From the human T2T-CHM13v2.0 reference genome, Homo sapiens: DNA of 64,000 bases. Positions 37,547 to 51,985 of the stretch are shown here, piece after piece (position 1 is the first letter of the stretch; every line of letters starts with the position of its first letter). The notes below the pieces were generated by a model that saw only the letters and a list, made by a program, of their open reading frames with translations, did no database searches and was not told the DNA's origin. The position numbers and the translations under genes were made by a program. The DNA is taken from assembly GCF_009914755.1 (NCBI RefSeq), contig NC_060947.1; one strand, 5' to 3'.

Positions 37547-39857
37547 TGATATAGTTTGGCTGTGTCCCCATACAAATCTCATTTTGAATTTTAGCTCCCA
37601 TAAATAATCCCCACAAGTTGTGGGAGGAACCCAGTGGGAGGTAATTGAATTACGGGGTTCGGTTTTTTTCCATGCTTTTCTCATGATAATGAATAAGTCT
37701 CAGCAGATCTGATGGTTTTATAAGGGCAGTTCCCCTGCACACGCTCTTGCCTGCATCCATGTAAGACATGCCTTTTCTCCTCCTTTGCTTTTTGTGATGA
37801 TTGTGAGACCTTCCCAGCCATGTGAAACTGTGAGTCCATTGAGCCTTTTGTTCTTTATAAATTACCCTGTCTCAGGTATTTCTTCATAACAGTATAGAAA
37901 CGGACTAATAGAGTACTTGGTACTGGTAGAGTGGGGTAGTGTTATAAGGATACCCGAAAACGTGGAGGCAACTTTGGAACTGGGTAACAGGCAGCAGTGG
38001 AAAGAGTTTGGAGGGCTCAGAAGAAGACAGGAAAATGTGGATAAGTTTGGAACCCCCTAGAGACTCTGAGGGATCAGAAGACAGGAAGATGTGGGAAAGT
38101 TTGGATCTTCCTAGAGAAGTGTTGAATGGCTTTGACCAAAATGCTAATAGTGATATGGACAATAAAGTCCAGGCTGAGGTGGTCTCAGATGGAGATGAGG
38201 AATTTATTGGGAACTGGAGCAAAGGTTACTCTTGCTGTAAAAATAGACTGGTGGCATTTTGCCTCAGCCCTAGAGACCTGTGGAATTTTGAACTTGAGAG
38301 AGATAATTTAGGGTATCTGGGAGAATAAATTTCTAAGCAGCAAAATGTTCAAGAGGAAGCATAGCATCAAAGTTTGAAAAATTTGTAGCCTGACAATGCA
38401 GTAGAAAAGAAAAACCCATTTCCTGGAGAGAAATTCAAAATGGCAGAAGAAATTTGCGTAAGTAATGAGAAGCCAAATGCTAATTGCCAAGGCAATAGGA
38501 AAAATCTCTTCAGGGCCTGTCAGAGACCTTCGTGGCAGCCCCTCTCATTACAGACCCAAGGGCCTAGGTGGAAGAAGTGGTTTGCTGGGCTGGATCCAGG
38601 GCCCCACTGCTGTTAGCAGCCTCAGGACTTAATGCCCTGCATCCCAGATGCTCCAGCCATGGCTAAATGGGGCCAAGGTACAGCTTAGGCTGTGGCTTCA
38701 GAGGGTGAAAGACCCACACCTGGGCAGCTTCAACATGGTGTTGAGCCTGCAGGTGCACAGAAGTCAATTAATTGAGGTTTGGGAACCTCCACCTAGATTT
38801 CAGAGGATGTATGGAAAGGCCTGGATATCCAGGCAGAAATTTGCTGCAAAGGTGGAACCCTCATGGAGAACCTCTGCTAGGACAGTTCAGAAGGAAAATG
38901 TGGGTTTGGAGCCCCCAAACAGAGTCCCCACTGGGGCACTGCCTAGTGGAGCTGTGAAAAGAGGCCCACCATCCTCCAGACCCCAGAATGGTAGATCCTC
39001 GGTCAGCTTGCACCATGTGCCTGGAAAAGCCATAGACACTCAGTGCCGGCCTGTGAAAGCAGCCAGAAGGGGGGATGTATCGTGCAAAGCCACAGAGGCA
39101 GAACTGCCCAAGGCCATGGCCTCTTGCATCAGTGTGATCTGGTTGTGAGACCAGATGGAGTCAAAGGAGATCATTTTGCAGCCTTACGATTTGACTGCCC
39201 CACTGGATTTTGGACTCACATGGGGCCTGTAGCCCCTTCATTTTTCAAATTTCCTCCATTTGCAATGGTTGTATCTACCCAATGCCTCTACCCTTATTGT
39301 ATCTACAAAGTAACTAACTTGCTTTTGATTTTACAGGCTCATAGATGGAAGAGACTTGCTTGGTCTCAGATGGGGTTTTGGAATGTGGACATTTGAATGA
39401 ATGCTGAAATGAGATAAGACACTGGGGGACTGTTGGAAGGGCAAAATTGTGTTTTGAATTGCGAGAACATGAGATTTGGGAGAGGCCAGTGGCAGAATAA
39501 TATGGTTTGGCTGTGTCCCCACCCAAATCTCTTCTTGAATTGTACCTCCCATAATCCCTGCATGTGGTGGGAGGGGCCCAGTGGGAGGTAATTAAATCAT
39601 GGGGGTGGGTTTTTCCTGTGCTGTTCTCGTGATACTGAATAAGTCTCAGGAGATCTGATGGTTTTACAAGGGTAGTTCCCCTGCACACACTCTTGACTAC
39701 CACCATGAAAGATGTGTCTTTGTTCTTACTTCAATTTCTGCCATGATTTTGAGGCCTCCCCAGCCATGTGGAACTGTGATTCCATTGAAATTTTTTTCTT
39801 TATAAATTACCCATTCTTTGGTGTTTCTTCATAGCAGTATGAAAATGAACTAATACA
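37547..39857 (+). mobile_element. Complete THE1 (THE1B-like) MaLR element: LTR 37547-37912, internal 37913-39497, LTR 39498-39857
   Basis: Both LTRs read t(g/a)atat(a/g)gtttggctgtgtcccca...g(g/a)actaata(g/c)a. The internal region is typical, with a polypurine tract before the 3' LTR. Degenerate 5-bp TSD gtcta/atctg. Confidence 0.93.
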
Positions 39858-41213
39858 ATCTGTAAATGTTTTTCAGGAGCTAGAGCCTGTAATGGGGGCC
39901 TCATGACTCTACCTTGTGCCCTATCTTACTGTGGCTGACTTGGTATTCAAGACACAAAACAAAGCCCACTTTACTCTTTGTTCTTCTCTCCTTAAGCAAA
40001 AGGAATGAGTCAAGTTCATGGCTGTGAACTGTACTGTCTGAAGTTGTGGAAGTGATGTTCCAAATACACCCTTAGCTGCACCATTTGGTTTCTCCTAACA
40101 TCATGTGCCACCCTACTTCATTGGCTCTAAGCCTGGCTTAGAACTAAGAGTTGTTTAAAAATTGCAGTCCTTGTGTCCTAGACTGCCTTTCAAGTTTACC
40201 TAGGATGCCAGAGAACTTTAGCATACAGTGGTGAGGCTTGCTGAGAAACTCAAATTCTGACCACTGGGATGGGTGATTCCCCACTGGCTACCGTGTGTGT
40301 GCTGCCTGAGCGCAGTATAACTATATTCTCCACTGTGACAAGGCAGCACTGAGTTCAGTGTAAACTTCCCCATTTTCTGTACTCTTTCTTCCCAAAGTGC
40401 ACAGATTCTCTCTCTGTATAGCTCAGCTACTGCCAGTGGATGGAGGAGGGGTGGCATTGGACAGTCAAGACTGTCTCTCCTCCCCTTTGTAATGCTTTTT
40501 TCAGTAATATGAATATGAGTTTAAAACCATTACTTGGATTGCTCACCTGGATTTTGATTCTAATGATGGTGGTTTTCTGTGTGCAGATCTTTGTTAAAAT
40601 TAGTGTTCCAATGGGAATGATGAATGACATGGGCTTCTGTTCTGCTATCTTGCTTGAACCACTCATCTTTCTGTTTTGATTTCTGTTTTTTCTTTTTCTT
40701 TTCTTTTTTTTTTTTTTTTGATTCTGGGCAATTTCACAAATCCACCAGCATCTGTGCCACAATGCAGAGGTCACAATTTATACCGTCGTAAAAATACAAG
40801 ATTTTCAAGCAGCCGTTTATGTTTCAATATTAATGTATATTTAGAAACAGCTTTTATGATTTAATAAAATGTTAAAATTTATTTTATAGCACTGTTACCT
40901 AGTTGTGCATACTTCGACATTGCTTTTCTATTTTGGAAATGGTAGCACCTAGATTTAGGTGAAACTGGTTAGCATCATTGCTAATATTTCTCTTGACTTA
41001 TGACAATAACAATTACTTTTCAAAAACCCAGTTAAACAACTTTAAAAATCGTATCTTGACAGTTTGAGGTGCATGTGATGTTATAAATTGCTGGTTCTTA
41101 TTAACATGAAGTAAACACACTCTATCTTATCTCCCATAGATCAGATTATAACTAAAATCTCTGGACAAAATACTAAAATCAATTATTGAAAATCTTAAAA
41201 AATAAGAATAAGG

Positions 41214-41569
<356 letters not shown>

Positions 41570-43211
41570 TTATATGGGAGTAAGTTACCTGTGTTTTTGT
41601 TGTTTTGTTAAGTTTTATTTTTGTTTTGATTAGCTTTCATCTCTCATATTGTCCAGTACAGACTACCATATCTCCCAAAATGACAATAAAGAATGAACAG
41701 AAATAGCACAGACTAAAACAGTTTGTCTTTAGTAAGAAAACTATATATGGTGTCCCATGTGAGAATAGTTTTTGTGTTTTGTTTTATTTTTGTTAACTTC
41801 CTAGAACTCCCTCAAGTGAGCCCCAGTAATGAAGGCGAAGCAACAGCGGGGTGGCAGTGGGCATGAAAGCACTAAAGATTCTATCTTGCTGCTTTTCCCA
41901 CAAATGTATGTATTTCCAAAAGGGGTATGACAGCTGTGAGAAGAAATATCCTTGGCTTTTTAATCAGACCATCAAGAAATCTAATCACTGAAAACTAGAT
42001 AGTTTGAGGGAAATCATTGAAAAAAAAAGGAATGAGAGGAATAGATACATTAAATATGTATATAATGTCCTGAACTTGTCTTTAAATTGAACATGCATAG
42101 AAATAACTGGAATAAATGTAGGTAAACTTTGAGAACTAGAGCACAGTTATACATGACTTGTTCCAGACTAGCCCCAAAGTGGGATAAACATAGGACAAAT
42201 CAGAAGAGCAGTGAAAAAACATTTAACATTAAACAAATATTTAAAACACAACCCACAGAAGGGAGTCAGGACTTCTGGTTTGAACCTAAACAGTTTGACT
42301 ACTATATAAAACAACAAAAACAAAAAAAAAAAAATCAACATTTTCCAGAAAATTTTAATAGGACACAGAGTCTCCTAACATAATATTTAACATGTCCAAG
42401 ATACAATTTCAGATTATTTGACATATAAAGAACAACAAAAAAAACCCACTTAACTCCCGTGGGACAAGACAATTATCAGACACCAACCTTGATGTTTAGA
42501 AATGTAATTGCATTGAATAAAATAAAACAGTGAAGAAAGAGAACCAAATAGAAATTTTAGTGCTAAAAAGTACCCTCAAATTACAAGAGAGATGTGATAA
42601 CAGAATGGCATAACAGAAAATAGACTCAGTGAATTTCCAGAAAGGTCCATAGAAATTATTCTATATGAAAATCAAAAATTAAGATAGATTTAAAAATTAT
42701 GAACAAAGCTTCAGGGATCAATGTGACAATATAAAAAATCTAGCATTTATATATTTTGAGTTTGATTATTATATAAAGAGAGGAGCAAGAGACTCTTGTA
42801 AAAGAATATTTGAAAATATGTCTGACAATTTCTCAATTTTTCTGAAATGTATACATTTCCAGGTCCAAGAAGCTCAGCAAACCATAAGAAGGGTAAATTC
42901 ACAGGAAACTATGCACAAACACATCATAGTCAAATAAGTTAAAGATTTAAAAAAAATCTTGAAAGGAGCCTAAGAAGCACATTACACATGTGCAAAGTAC
43001 AATTTTATTGACAATTTCTCATCAGACACCAGGAAGATGAGAAAACTGTAGACTAACATTTATAGAGTGCTTCAAGAAAAGAGCTGAAAACAAAGAATTC
43101 TATCTTCATAAAACATATTATTCAAGACATTGAGATAAAAACATATTCCATGTAAAGAAAAGTCAAAAGAGAGAATCTGTAGCTATACTAATATCTGATA
43201 AAATATACTCT

Positions 43212-46200
43212 ATTTGTCCGTTTCTGCTTTTGTTGCAATTGCTTTTGGCATCTTTGTCATGATATCTTTGTCTGTGCCTATGTCCTGAATGGTATTGACT
43301 AGGTTGTCTTCCAGGGATTGAATAGTTTTGGATTTTTCATTTAAGTCTTTAAGCCATCTTGAGTTAATTTTTGTATATGGTGTAAAGAAGGGGTCCAGTT
43401 TAAATCTTCTGCATGTGGCTTGTCAGAGAATCATTTACTCATTGCTTGTTTTTGTCAGGTTTGTCAAAGATAAGATAGTTGTAAGTGTGTGGTCATATAC
43501 CTGGGTCCTCTATTCTGTTCTATTGGTCTATGTGTCTGTTTTTGTACCAGTACTATGCCATTTTGGTTACTGTAGCCCTGTAGTATAGTTTGAAGCCACA
43601 TAGGATGATGCCTCCAGCTTTGGTCATTTGTTTAGGGTTGTCTTGGCTATAAGGGCTCTTTGTTGTTTTCATACAAATTTTAAAATAGTTTTTTTCTAGT
43701 TCTGTGAAGAATCTCAATGGTAGTTTAATAGACATAGAATTAAATCTATGAATTGCTTTGGGCAGAATGGCCATTTCAAGGATTTTGATTCTTCCTTTCC
43801 ATTAGCACCAAATGTTTTTCCATTTGCTTATGTCCTCTCTGATTTCTTAGAGCAGTGGTGTAGTTCTCTTTGTAGAGATCTTTCACCTCCCTGGTCAGCT
43901 ATATTCCTAGATATTTTATTCTTTTTGTGGCAATTGTGTATGGGAGTTCATTCCTGATTTGGCTCTTGGCTTGCCTGTTGTTAGTATATAGAAATGCTAG
44001 TGAGTTTGCCCATTAATGATAGACTGGATAGAGAAAATGTGGTACATATACATCAAGGAATACTATGCAACCATACAAAATGAGATCATGTCCTTTGCAT
44101 GGACATGGATGGAACTAGAGGCCAGTATCTTTAGCAAACACAGGAAAAGGACAGAAAACCAAATTCCACATGTTCTCACTTGTATGTGTGAGTTAAATGA
44201 TGATAAAACATGAACACACAGAGGGGGACAAACACACTGGGGCCTTTTGGATGGTGAAGGGTGGGAGGTGGGAGAGGATCAGAAAAAAATAACTAATGGG
44301 TACTGATATGGTTTGACTGTGACCCCACCCACATCTCATCTTGAATTGTAGCACCCATAACTCCCATGGGTTGTGAAAGGAGCATGGTGGGAGATAATTG
44401 AATCATAGGGGCGGGCCTTTCCCATGCTATCCTCATGATGGTGAATAAGTCTTATGAGATCCAATGGTTTCACAAAGGGGATTTTCCATGCTCAAGTTAT
44501 CTTCTCTTCTCTGCTGCCATGTGAGATGTGCCTTTCACCCTCTGCAAGGGTTGTGAGGCCCCCACAACCACATAGAACTTTGAGTCCATTAAATCTGTTT
44601 CTTTTGGAAATTGCCCAGTCTCAGGTATGTCATTATCAGCAGCATGAAAACGGACTAATACAGCCAGTATTGGGGTGCTGCTGCAAAGATACCAGAAGAT
44701 GTGGAAGCAAATTTGTAACTAAGTAACCGGGAGATGTTGGAACAGTTTGGAGGGCTTAAAAGAAGATAGAAAAACGTGGAAAAGTTTGGAACTTCCCAGA
44801 GGCTTGTTGAATGACTTTGACAAAATGTTGATAATGACATAGAAAATGAAATCCAGGCTGAGGTGGTCTCAGATGGAAATGAAGAAATTGTTGGAAACTA
44901 GAGCAAAGGTGATTCTTGTTATGTTTTAGCAAAGAGACTGGTGGCATTTTGCCCCTGCCCTAGAGATTTGTGGAACTTTGAACTTGAGAGAGATAATTTA
45001 GGCTATCTGGTGGAAGAAATTTCTAAGCAGCAAAGCATTCAAGAGGTGACTTGGGTGCTGTTAAAGGCATTCAGTTTTATAAGAGAGGCAGAGCATAAAA
45101 GTTTGAAAAATTTGCAGCCTGACAATGTGATAGAAAATTCAATTTTCTGAGGAGTAATTCAAGACAGCTGAAGAAACTTGCATAAGTAAGGAGGAGCTGA
45201 ATGTTAATCCCCAAGACAATGTCACTAGGGCATGTCAGCGGTCTTCATGGAAGCCCCTCCCATCACAAGCTTGGAGGCCTAGGAGGAAAAAAATGGTTTT
45301 GTGGGCCTGGCCCAGGATCCCTGTACAAGCCTAGGGTCTTGGTGCCCTGTGTCTCAGCTGCTCCAGCTAAAAGGGTCCAACATAGAGCTCAGGCTGTGGC
45401 TTGAGAGGATTCAAGCCCCAAGCCTTGGCAGCTTCCACATGATATTGAGCTTGCAAGTGCACAGAAGTCTGGAAATGGGGTTTGGGAACGTCTGCCTAGA
45501 TTTCAGAGGATGGATGGAAATGCCTGGGTGTCCAGGCAGAAGTTTGCTGCAGAGGTGGGGCCCTCATGGAGAATCTCTGCTAGGGCAGTGCAGAAGGGAA
45601 ATAGGGGGCTGGAGCCACTACACAAAATCCCCACTGGGACACTGCCTAGTGGAGCTGTGAAAAGAGGCCCACCATCTTCCAGAACCCCAAATGGTAGATC
45701 CATAGACAGCTTACACCATGCACCTGGAAAAGCTGCAGACAGTCAACACCAGCCCTTGAAAGCAGCTTGGAGGGAAGCTGTACCCTGCAAAGCCACAGGG
45801 GCAGAGCTGCCTAAGATCATGGAACCCATCTCTTGCATCAGCATGAACCAGATGTGAGACATGGAGTGAAAGCAGATCATTTTGGAACTTTAAAATTTGA
45901 CAGCGATTTTGGACTTGCATGGGGCCTGTAGCTCCTTTGTTTGGGCCAATTTTTCTCATTTGAAACAGGTGAATTTCACCAAAGCCTGTACCCCCATTGT
46001 ATTTAGGAAGTAACTAACTTGCCTTCGATTATACAGGCTCATAGGTGGAAGAGACTTGCCTTATCTTCGATGAGACTTTGGATTGTGGAATTCTGAGTTA
46101 ATGCTGAAATGAATTAAGGCCTTGGGGACTGTTGGGAAGGCATTAATGGTTTTGAGATCTAAGGACATGAGATTTCGGAGGGCCCAGGGGTGGAATAATA

Positions 46201-46682
46201 TGGTTTGGCTGTGTTGCTGCCCAAATCTCATCTTGAATTATAGCTCCCATAATTCTCACATATTGTGGGAGGGACCCAGTGGGAGATAATTGAATCATGG
46301 GGCCAGGTCTTTACCATGCTATTCTCATGATAGTGAATGAGTCTAATGAGATCTGATGGTTTTATAAAGGGGAGTTTTGCTACACAAGTTCTCTTCTCTT
46401 GTTTGCCACCATGTGAAATATGCCTTTCACCTTCCACCATCATTGTGTGGCCTCCCCAGCCATGTGGAACTGTTAGTCTATTAAACCTCTTTATTTTGTA
46501 TATTGCCCAGTCTTTACATATGTCTTTATCGGCAGCCAGAAAATGGACTCATACAGGTACCAGGCTTAATAACTGGGTGATGAAATAATCTGTACAATAA
46601 ATTCTCATGGTACAAATTTACTTATGTAACAAACCTGCACATGTACCCCTGAACTATAATAAAAGTTCAAAATAAAGCAAGA
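43212..46682 (+). mobile_element. L1PA11-13-like element with a 5' inversion (43212-44006 antisense; 44007 onward sense), interrupted by a THE1
   Basis: An antisense ORF2 piece (43553-43774 [19 protein letters not shown]) joins sense tgcccattaatgatagactgg. The 3'UTR is split at ggtac. TSD-like aaaatatactct / ataatagacttt. Confidence 0.88.
44304..46555 (+). mobile_element. Complete THE1 (THE1B-like) MaLR element: LTR 44304-44662, internal 44663-46195, LTR 46196-46555
   Basis: Paired LTRs and internal region, with a perfect 5-bp TSD ggtac (44299-44303 / 46556-46560). Confidence 0.95.
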
Positions 46683-49022
46683 AATAATAGACTTTAAGTT
46701 AAAAACTATAAGGCAAATGAAAGGTCACTATATACTAATATGAGGTTGAATTCATCAAGAAGATATAATAATAATATATATGCATGGAAAAATATAAAAT
46801 CTAAATATATAAAGCAAATATTAATAGATCTGAATAGAAAGATAGACTACAATACAAAAATAGAGGATTTCAATACTACCCTTTCAACAATAGACAGAGC
46901 AGAGAGAAAATCAAAAAGGAAATACTGGATTTGAACTACACTTTAAACCAAATGGACCTAACAAACATATATATAGCATTTCATTCATCAGTAGCAGAAT
47001 GTACATTTTTTCAAGTGCATACAGAACACTTGCAGGGTAGATCATAAATAAAGCCACAAAAAATCTTTAAAACTTTAATAAGATTGAGATCATATCAAGT
47101 ATATTTCTGATCACAATGATTTAAAACTAGAAATTAATAATAAAAGGAATTTTAGAAAATTTACAAATATATGAAAATTAAACATGTATGTAAATAAACA
47201 ATGGCTCAAAGAAGAAATTAAAAGGAAAGTTTAAAAATATTTTGAGGCAAGTGAAAATTAAAATACAACATACCAAAACACATCAAATGCATCAAAAGCA
47301 GCTCTATGAGGGAAGTTTAAAACAATAAACATTTATATCAAAAAAGAAGAAAGACAGCAAATACACAGCCTAGTGTTATTCTGTAAGAAACTAGAAAAAA
47401 AAAAAAAAACAACTAGCCCAAAGTTGGTAGAAGAAAGAAAATAGTAAAGATAAGAGCAGTAATAAACACAATGGAGAATGTAAAAACAATAAGAAAGATG
47501 AGCAAAGCTGAATTGATTTTATGAAAAGATAAACAAAGTGGACAAACTTTTAGCTAGACTAGCTAAGAATAAAAGAGAGAAGTCTTAAACAAATACAATA
47601 AGAAATGAAAAAGGAAACATTACAAGCGTTGCCACAGAAATACAAAGTATCATGAGACTACTATGAACAAATATACACCAACACGTTGAATAATGTAGAA
47701 GAAATGGATAAATTCCTATAAACATACAACCTACCAAGACTAAATCAACTTCATAGCAAGAAAACAATATGATTTTTATTTTTTATGTGCAAAGGATGTA
47801 AATTGAATTGGCATTTCTCGAAAGAAGAATTGCAAATGGCCAAGAGATATTTGAGAAAAATGATCAGCATCACTAATTATTATGGAAGTGCAAATAAAAG
47901 TCACAATGTGTTACCACCTCACATCTGACAGAATGGCTATTATCCAAAAGACAAAAGACAACAAATGATGGCAATGATGCAAAGAAAAGGAAACCCTTGA
48001 AAACTGTTAGTAGGGATGTAAATTTGTACAGCCATTGTGGAAAACAGTATAAACATTTCTCAAAATGTTAAAAGTAGAACTAACATGATCCAGCAATTCA
48101 TTGTCTAAGTAGATATCCAAGGAAATAGTAACACTTTCTCAAAGAGATCCATGTTTATTACATCATTATTCACAATAGTCAAGGTGTGGAATCAACCTAA
48201 TAAACATAACATGGTGTATATGCACAATGGAATACTGTTCAGCCTTTTGGAAGAAGAAAATCTTGTCATTTGTGAAAATATGTATGAATCTGTCAAACAT
48301 TATGTTAAGTGAAATAAGCCAGTCACAGAAAGAAAAAGATCATGTTATCTGACTTATATGTGGAATTTAAAATATCAAACTCTTAGAAACAGAGAGTAAA
48401 ATGGTAGTTAGAAGAAGCTGTAGGGAGCGTTGAGGATTGGGGAGATGTTTGTCAAAGGACATAACATTTCAATTAGGAGAAATAAGTTTGAGACCTATTG
48501 TACATAATGGTGACTATACTTAATAACAATATAACATATACTTGGAAATTGCTTAGAGAGTAGATTTTGTGCTCTCGCCTTCCTAAAATGATAGGTAGAT
48601 GAGGTGTTGCCTCTGATACCTGGATTTTGCCTTTCCACAATGTATACGTATATCAAAACATTATTTTGTAAACCATAAATATATACAATTTTATTTTTCA
48701 ACTAAAAGTAAACAAAAATATCCATTAAGAATAAAGGCAAAATAAAGACATTCTTAAATGAGGGAAAACTAAGAGAATTTGTTGCCATTAGATCTGTTTA
48801 AAAGAAATTCTAGTGAAAGTCCTTCATGCAGAAAAAGAATAACAGAAGAAAAACAGAAATTTAAGAACGAGGAAATATAAACGACATTGGTAAATATAAT
48901 GTACTATTTTAGATCACTTGAGTTCTTTAAAGTATGTTGGACAATTTAAAGAAAAAAGATATTATTTTACTGGTATGATTTTGAGCTTATCAATGTATGT
49001 AGATATGATAAATATGACAAAA

Positions 49023-50121
49023 ATGAACATGAATTCTGCAAAAATTGAAGCAAGAATAAACATCAAATTTGTGGTGAAGTTTGAGTGAAAAAATGATGAC
49101 ATTCATGCTTTACAAAAAATTTATGGGGACAATGCCTCAAAGAAACCAGCAGTTTATGATGAATAACTCATTTTCAGAAGGGATAAAAAAAAGTTGAAGG
49201 TGAAGGCCTCAGCAGCAGACTATCCACATCAATTTCCAAAAAACAAATTCATCTTGTTCACACCCTATTTGGAGAGGCCCCACAATTAACACGTGCAATA
49301 ATAGCCAAAATCATGCACGTAGCCATTAGTTCAGCTTACACAATTCTGGATGAAAAGTTGACGTTGAGCAAATTTGTCACTTGATGGGTGCCAAAACCAT
49401 TGCACCCAGGTCATCTGCAGATAAGAGCAGAGTTTTCATTGGAAATGTCAAACAATGGGATGAAGATGCTGAAACATGTATTCAAAGACTTGTAACAGGA
49501 GATAATACATGGCTTTACCAGTATGATCCCGAAGACAAAGCAGAACGAAAGCAATGGCTATCAAGAGGTAGAAGTGTTCCAGTCAAAGCAAAAGTGGACA
49601 GGTCGAGAAAAGGTAATGGCAACAGATTTTTCAGATGGTCAAGGCATTTTGCTTGTTAACTTTCTGGAGGGTCAAAGAATGATAACATTCGCTTATTATG
49701 AGAGTGATTTGAGAAAGGTAGCCAAATGTTTAGGAGAAAACCACTGGGGAAAGCTTTACCAGAGAGTTCTCTGTCACAATTCCCATGCTTATTCTCATCA
49801 AATAAGGAATCTTTTACGAGAGTTTCAATGGAAAATTATTAGGCATCCATCATACAGTCTTGATTTGGCACCATCTGACTTATTTTTGTTTCCTAATCTT
49901 AAAAAACTGTAAAGGGCACACATTTTCTCAGTTAATTATGTAAAGAAAAGCTGCATTGACATGGCTAAATTCCCAGGACCTTTAAGGCAGAATGAATCGA
50001 CCCAAATCATTGTTTACAAAACTGTTTGGAACTTGATGAAGCTTATATTGAGAAATAAAATTTATACTCTATATTTTTATTTTAAAATATCATTTTCCAT
50101 GATCTTTTTGAAGTCCCCTTT
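49023..50121 (+). mobile_element. HSMAR2 mariner DNA transposon, 5' TIR lost
   Basis: 3' TIR cattttccatgatctttttgaagtcccctt at 50091-50121, with a transposase remnant upstream. Confidence 0.92.
49029..50060 (+). pseudogene. Disrupted HSMAR2 DD34D transposase
   Basis: ATG at 49029 gives MNSAKIEARINIKF. Later frames give mariner motifs VTGDNTWLYQYDPEDK and HPSYSLDLAPSDLFLFPNLKK. Stops and frameshifts are present. Confidence 0.9.
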
Positions 50122-51006
50122 TGTGCATTTATACATGTATAAATAAATATATGTATATTTGAAGCCTGGAGCAACTGCTAAAGAAAATATGCAAATAAAT
50201 AGAGTTGCAAAGCCAGTATAAAAATAATACAAATAATCTAAAGATGGAGATACAGAATATGCAAAAATAAAACAAATGATGAAATAATAGGCCTAAGTAC
50301 AAACATATAAGTAATTACCTAAAATGTAAATGACCTAAGCACACCATTTAAAAGACAAAGATTGTGAGGATTAAAAAACAAAACAAGACTAACAATGTGC
50401 TGCCTGCAAGAAACCCACATAAACTACAGTTATTAAAAGGATGAAAAGTGGTATGTCATGCAAACACTAATTAAAAACAACAACCTTGGGATGAGGTATG
50501 TTATATAAAAATAAAATTATTTACTCATCAAGGAGGCATATCAGTCCTAAATACACTTTCACCTAACAAGAGAACATCAGAATCCATGAAATAAAAGCAA
50601 ACAAAATTAAAGGAAAACTAGACACATCCACAATTATACTTAGAAATTTTAACAACCACTTCTTAGTTATCAGTAATAACAGCAGATAGAAAATCAGCAA
50701 GACTATAGAATACCTCAACAACACTATCAGTCAACATAACATAATTGATATTATAGAGCATACTACTTAACAACAGAAAATCCTCTTTACAAGTGCACAT
50801 AGAATATATGCAAAGATGTATCATATTCTGAGTCACATAACAAAACTTATAAATTTTATAATAATTAAAGTCACAAATAGTATGTTCCCTGAACACAGTG
50901 GAGTTAAGTCAGAGATTTAGAAAGTTATTTGGAAAATACCCACATATTGGTAAATTAAAAACAATTGCACTTCTAAATTAAATAACACATTGATCAAAAA
51001 GGAAGT

Positions 51007-51166
51007 ATTTTAATGAGCACAGGATTTTATTTTGGAATGATGTAAATGCTTTGAAACAAAATAAAGTAAGTAATTACACATCATTGGAGTATTACTAAAT
51101 GTAATTGATTTTGGCACTTTAAAATTGTTAATGGGTTTTTACTTCAATTTTTTAAAGTTTAATTTT
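51007..51166 (+). mobile_element. Short L1MB-like 3' end insertion
   Basis: tttaatgagcacaggattttattttggaatgatgtaaatg...cactttaaaattgttaa; TSD aaaggaagt (50998-51006 / 51167-51175). Confidence 0.7.
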
Positions 51167-51395
51167 AAAGGAAGTGAAAATATTAGAAGACATTTTTAAT
51201 AAATTAAAATAAAAATTAAATTACAATTATTTGACAATATTAGAAAATAATAAAGTTCTCAAATCAATAATTTAAAATTTATGTCTTAACAAACTAGAAA
51301 AGAGAGAATAAACTGATCCAAACTAAGAAGAAGAAAGAATATAATAAAGGTAAAAGTAGAATTCAATCCAAAAGTTATTTCTTTAAAAAGATCCA

Positions 51396-51684
51396 GGCCG
51401 GGTGCGGTGGCTCACACCTGTAATCCCAACACTTTGGGAGGCCAAGAAGGGTGGATCACGAGGTTAGGAGATGGAGACCTTCCTGGCCAACATGGTGAAA
51501 CCCCGTCTCTACTAAAAATAGAAATATTAGCTGGGTGTGGTGGCATGCGCCTGTATTCCCAGCTACTCGGGAGGCTGAGGCAGGAGAATTGCTTGAACCT
51601 GGTAGGCAGAGATCACACTAAGCTGAGATAGTGCCACTGCACTTCAGCCTGGAGACAGAGTGAGACTCCATCTAAAAAAAAAAA
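51396..51684 (+). mobile_element. AluSc-like
   Basis: Full dimer with cagcctggagacagag (Sc-type 1-nt deletion). TSD aaaagatcca / aaaagaatcca. Confidence 0.92.
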
Positions 51685-51739
51685 GAATCCATAAAATAGA
51701 AAATATTAAGACTAACCAAGAAAAAAATATAGTGTAAGA

Positions 51740-51766
51740 AACTAGGCCCTGTATTGATAAATATAG

Positions 51767-51798
<32 letters not shown>

Positions 51799-51985
51799 TT
51801 ATATATATATATTAGTTAAATGTGGTAATTCACACCTATAGTCTCATCTACTTGGAAGGCTTGGGCAGGAGAATCACTTGAGCCTAGGAGTTCAAGATAC
51901 AGTGAGCTATGACTGCACTCCTGCACGCCAGGGTGGGTTACAAAGAAAGACCTCATATCTAAAAAAAAAAAAAAAAAGAAAAAGA
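51740..51985 (+). mobile_element. AluJ/FRAM-like right arm preceded by a (CA)n(TA)n microsatellite at 51767-51811
   Basis: cacttgagcctaggagttcaagatacagtgagctatgactgcac are AluJ diagnostics; poly-A follows. Confidence 0.85.

Larger units (their letters stand above)
30845..40663 (-). mobile_element. Near-full-length decayed L1MA (L1MA2/3-like), copy 2, hosting LTR5A, an Alu and a THE1; internal deletion at ~35385
   Basis: L1MA 3'UTR at 30845-31300, ORF2 remnants to ~35380, ORF1 remnants (35931-36308 SLSSRINQAEE...NLRV..LKEE), and a 5' end ttctgctatcttgct at ~40655. Possible TSD catcattct (30836) / catctttct (40664). Confidence 0.88.
43128..48715 (+). mobile_element. 5'-truncated L1MA6/7-like element with a ~2 kb internal ORF2 deletion near 47750; hosts the inverted L1PA and a THE1
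   Basis: ORF2 endonuclease sequence at 43135-43211 resumes at 46685. The 3'UTR reads gacctattgtacataatggtgactatacttaataac...ccataaatatatacaatttt. Confidence 0.75.

Noticed and set aside
38008-38116. ~58-bp tandem duplication in the THE1 internal region, absent from the second THE1
   Set aside because: I recall it as a common THE1-int variant rather than a locus-specific event.
38648-39148. 166-aa ORF, with a similar ORF at 45510-45857
   Set aside because: Both are remnants of the THE1 internal ORF in two independent copies, not a host gene family.
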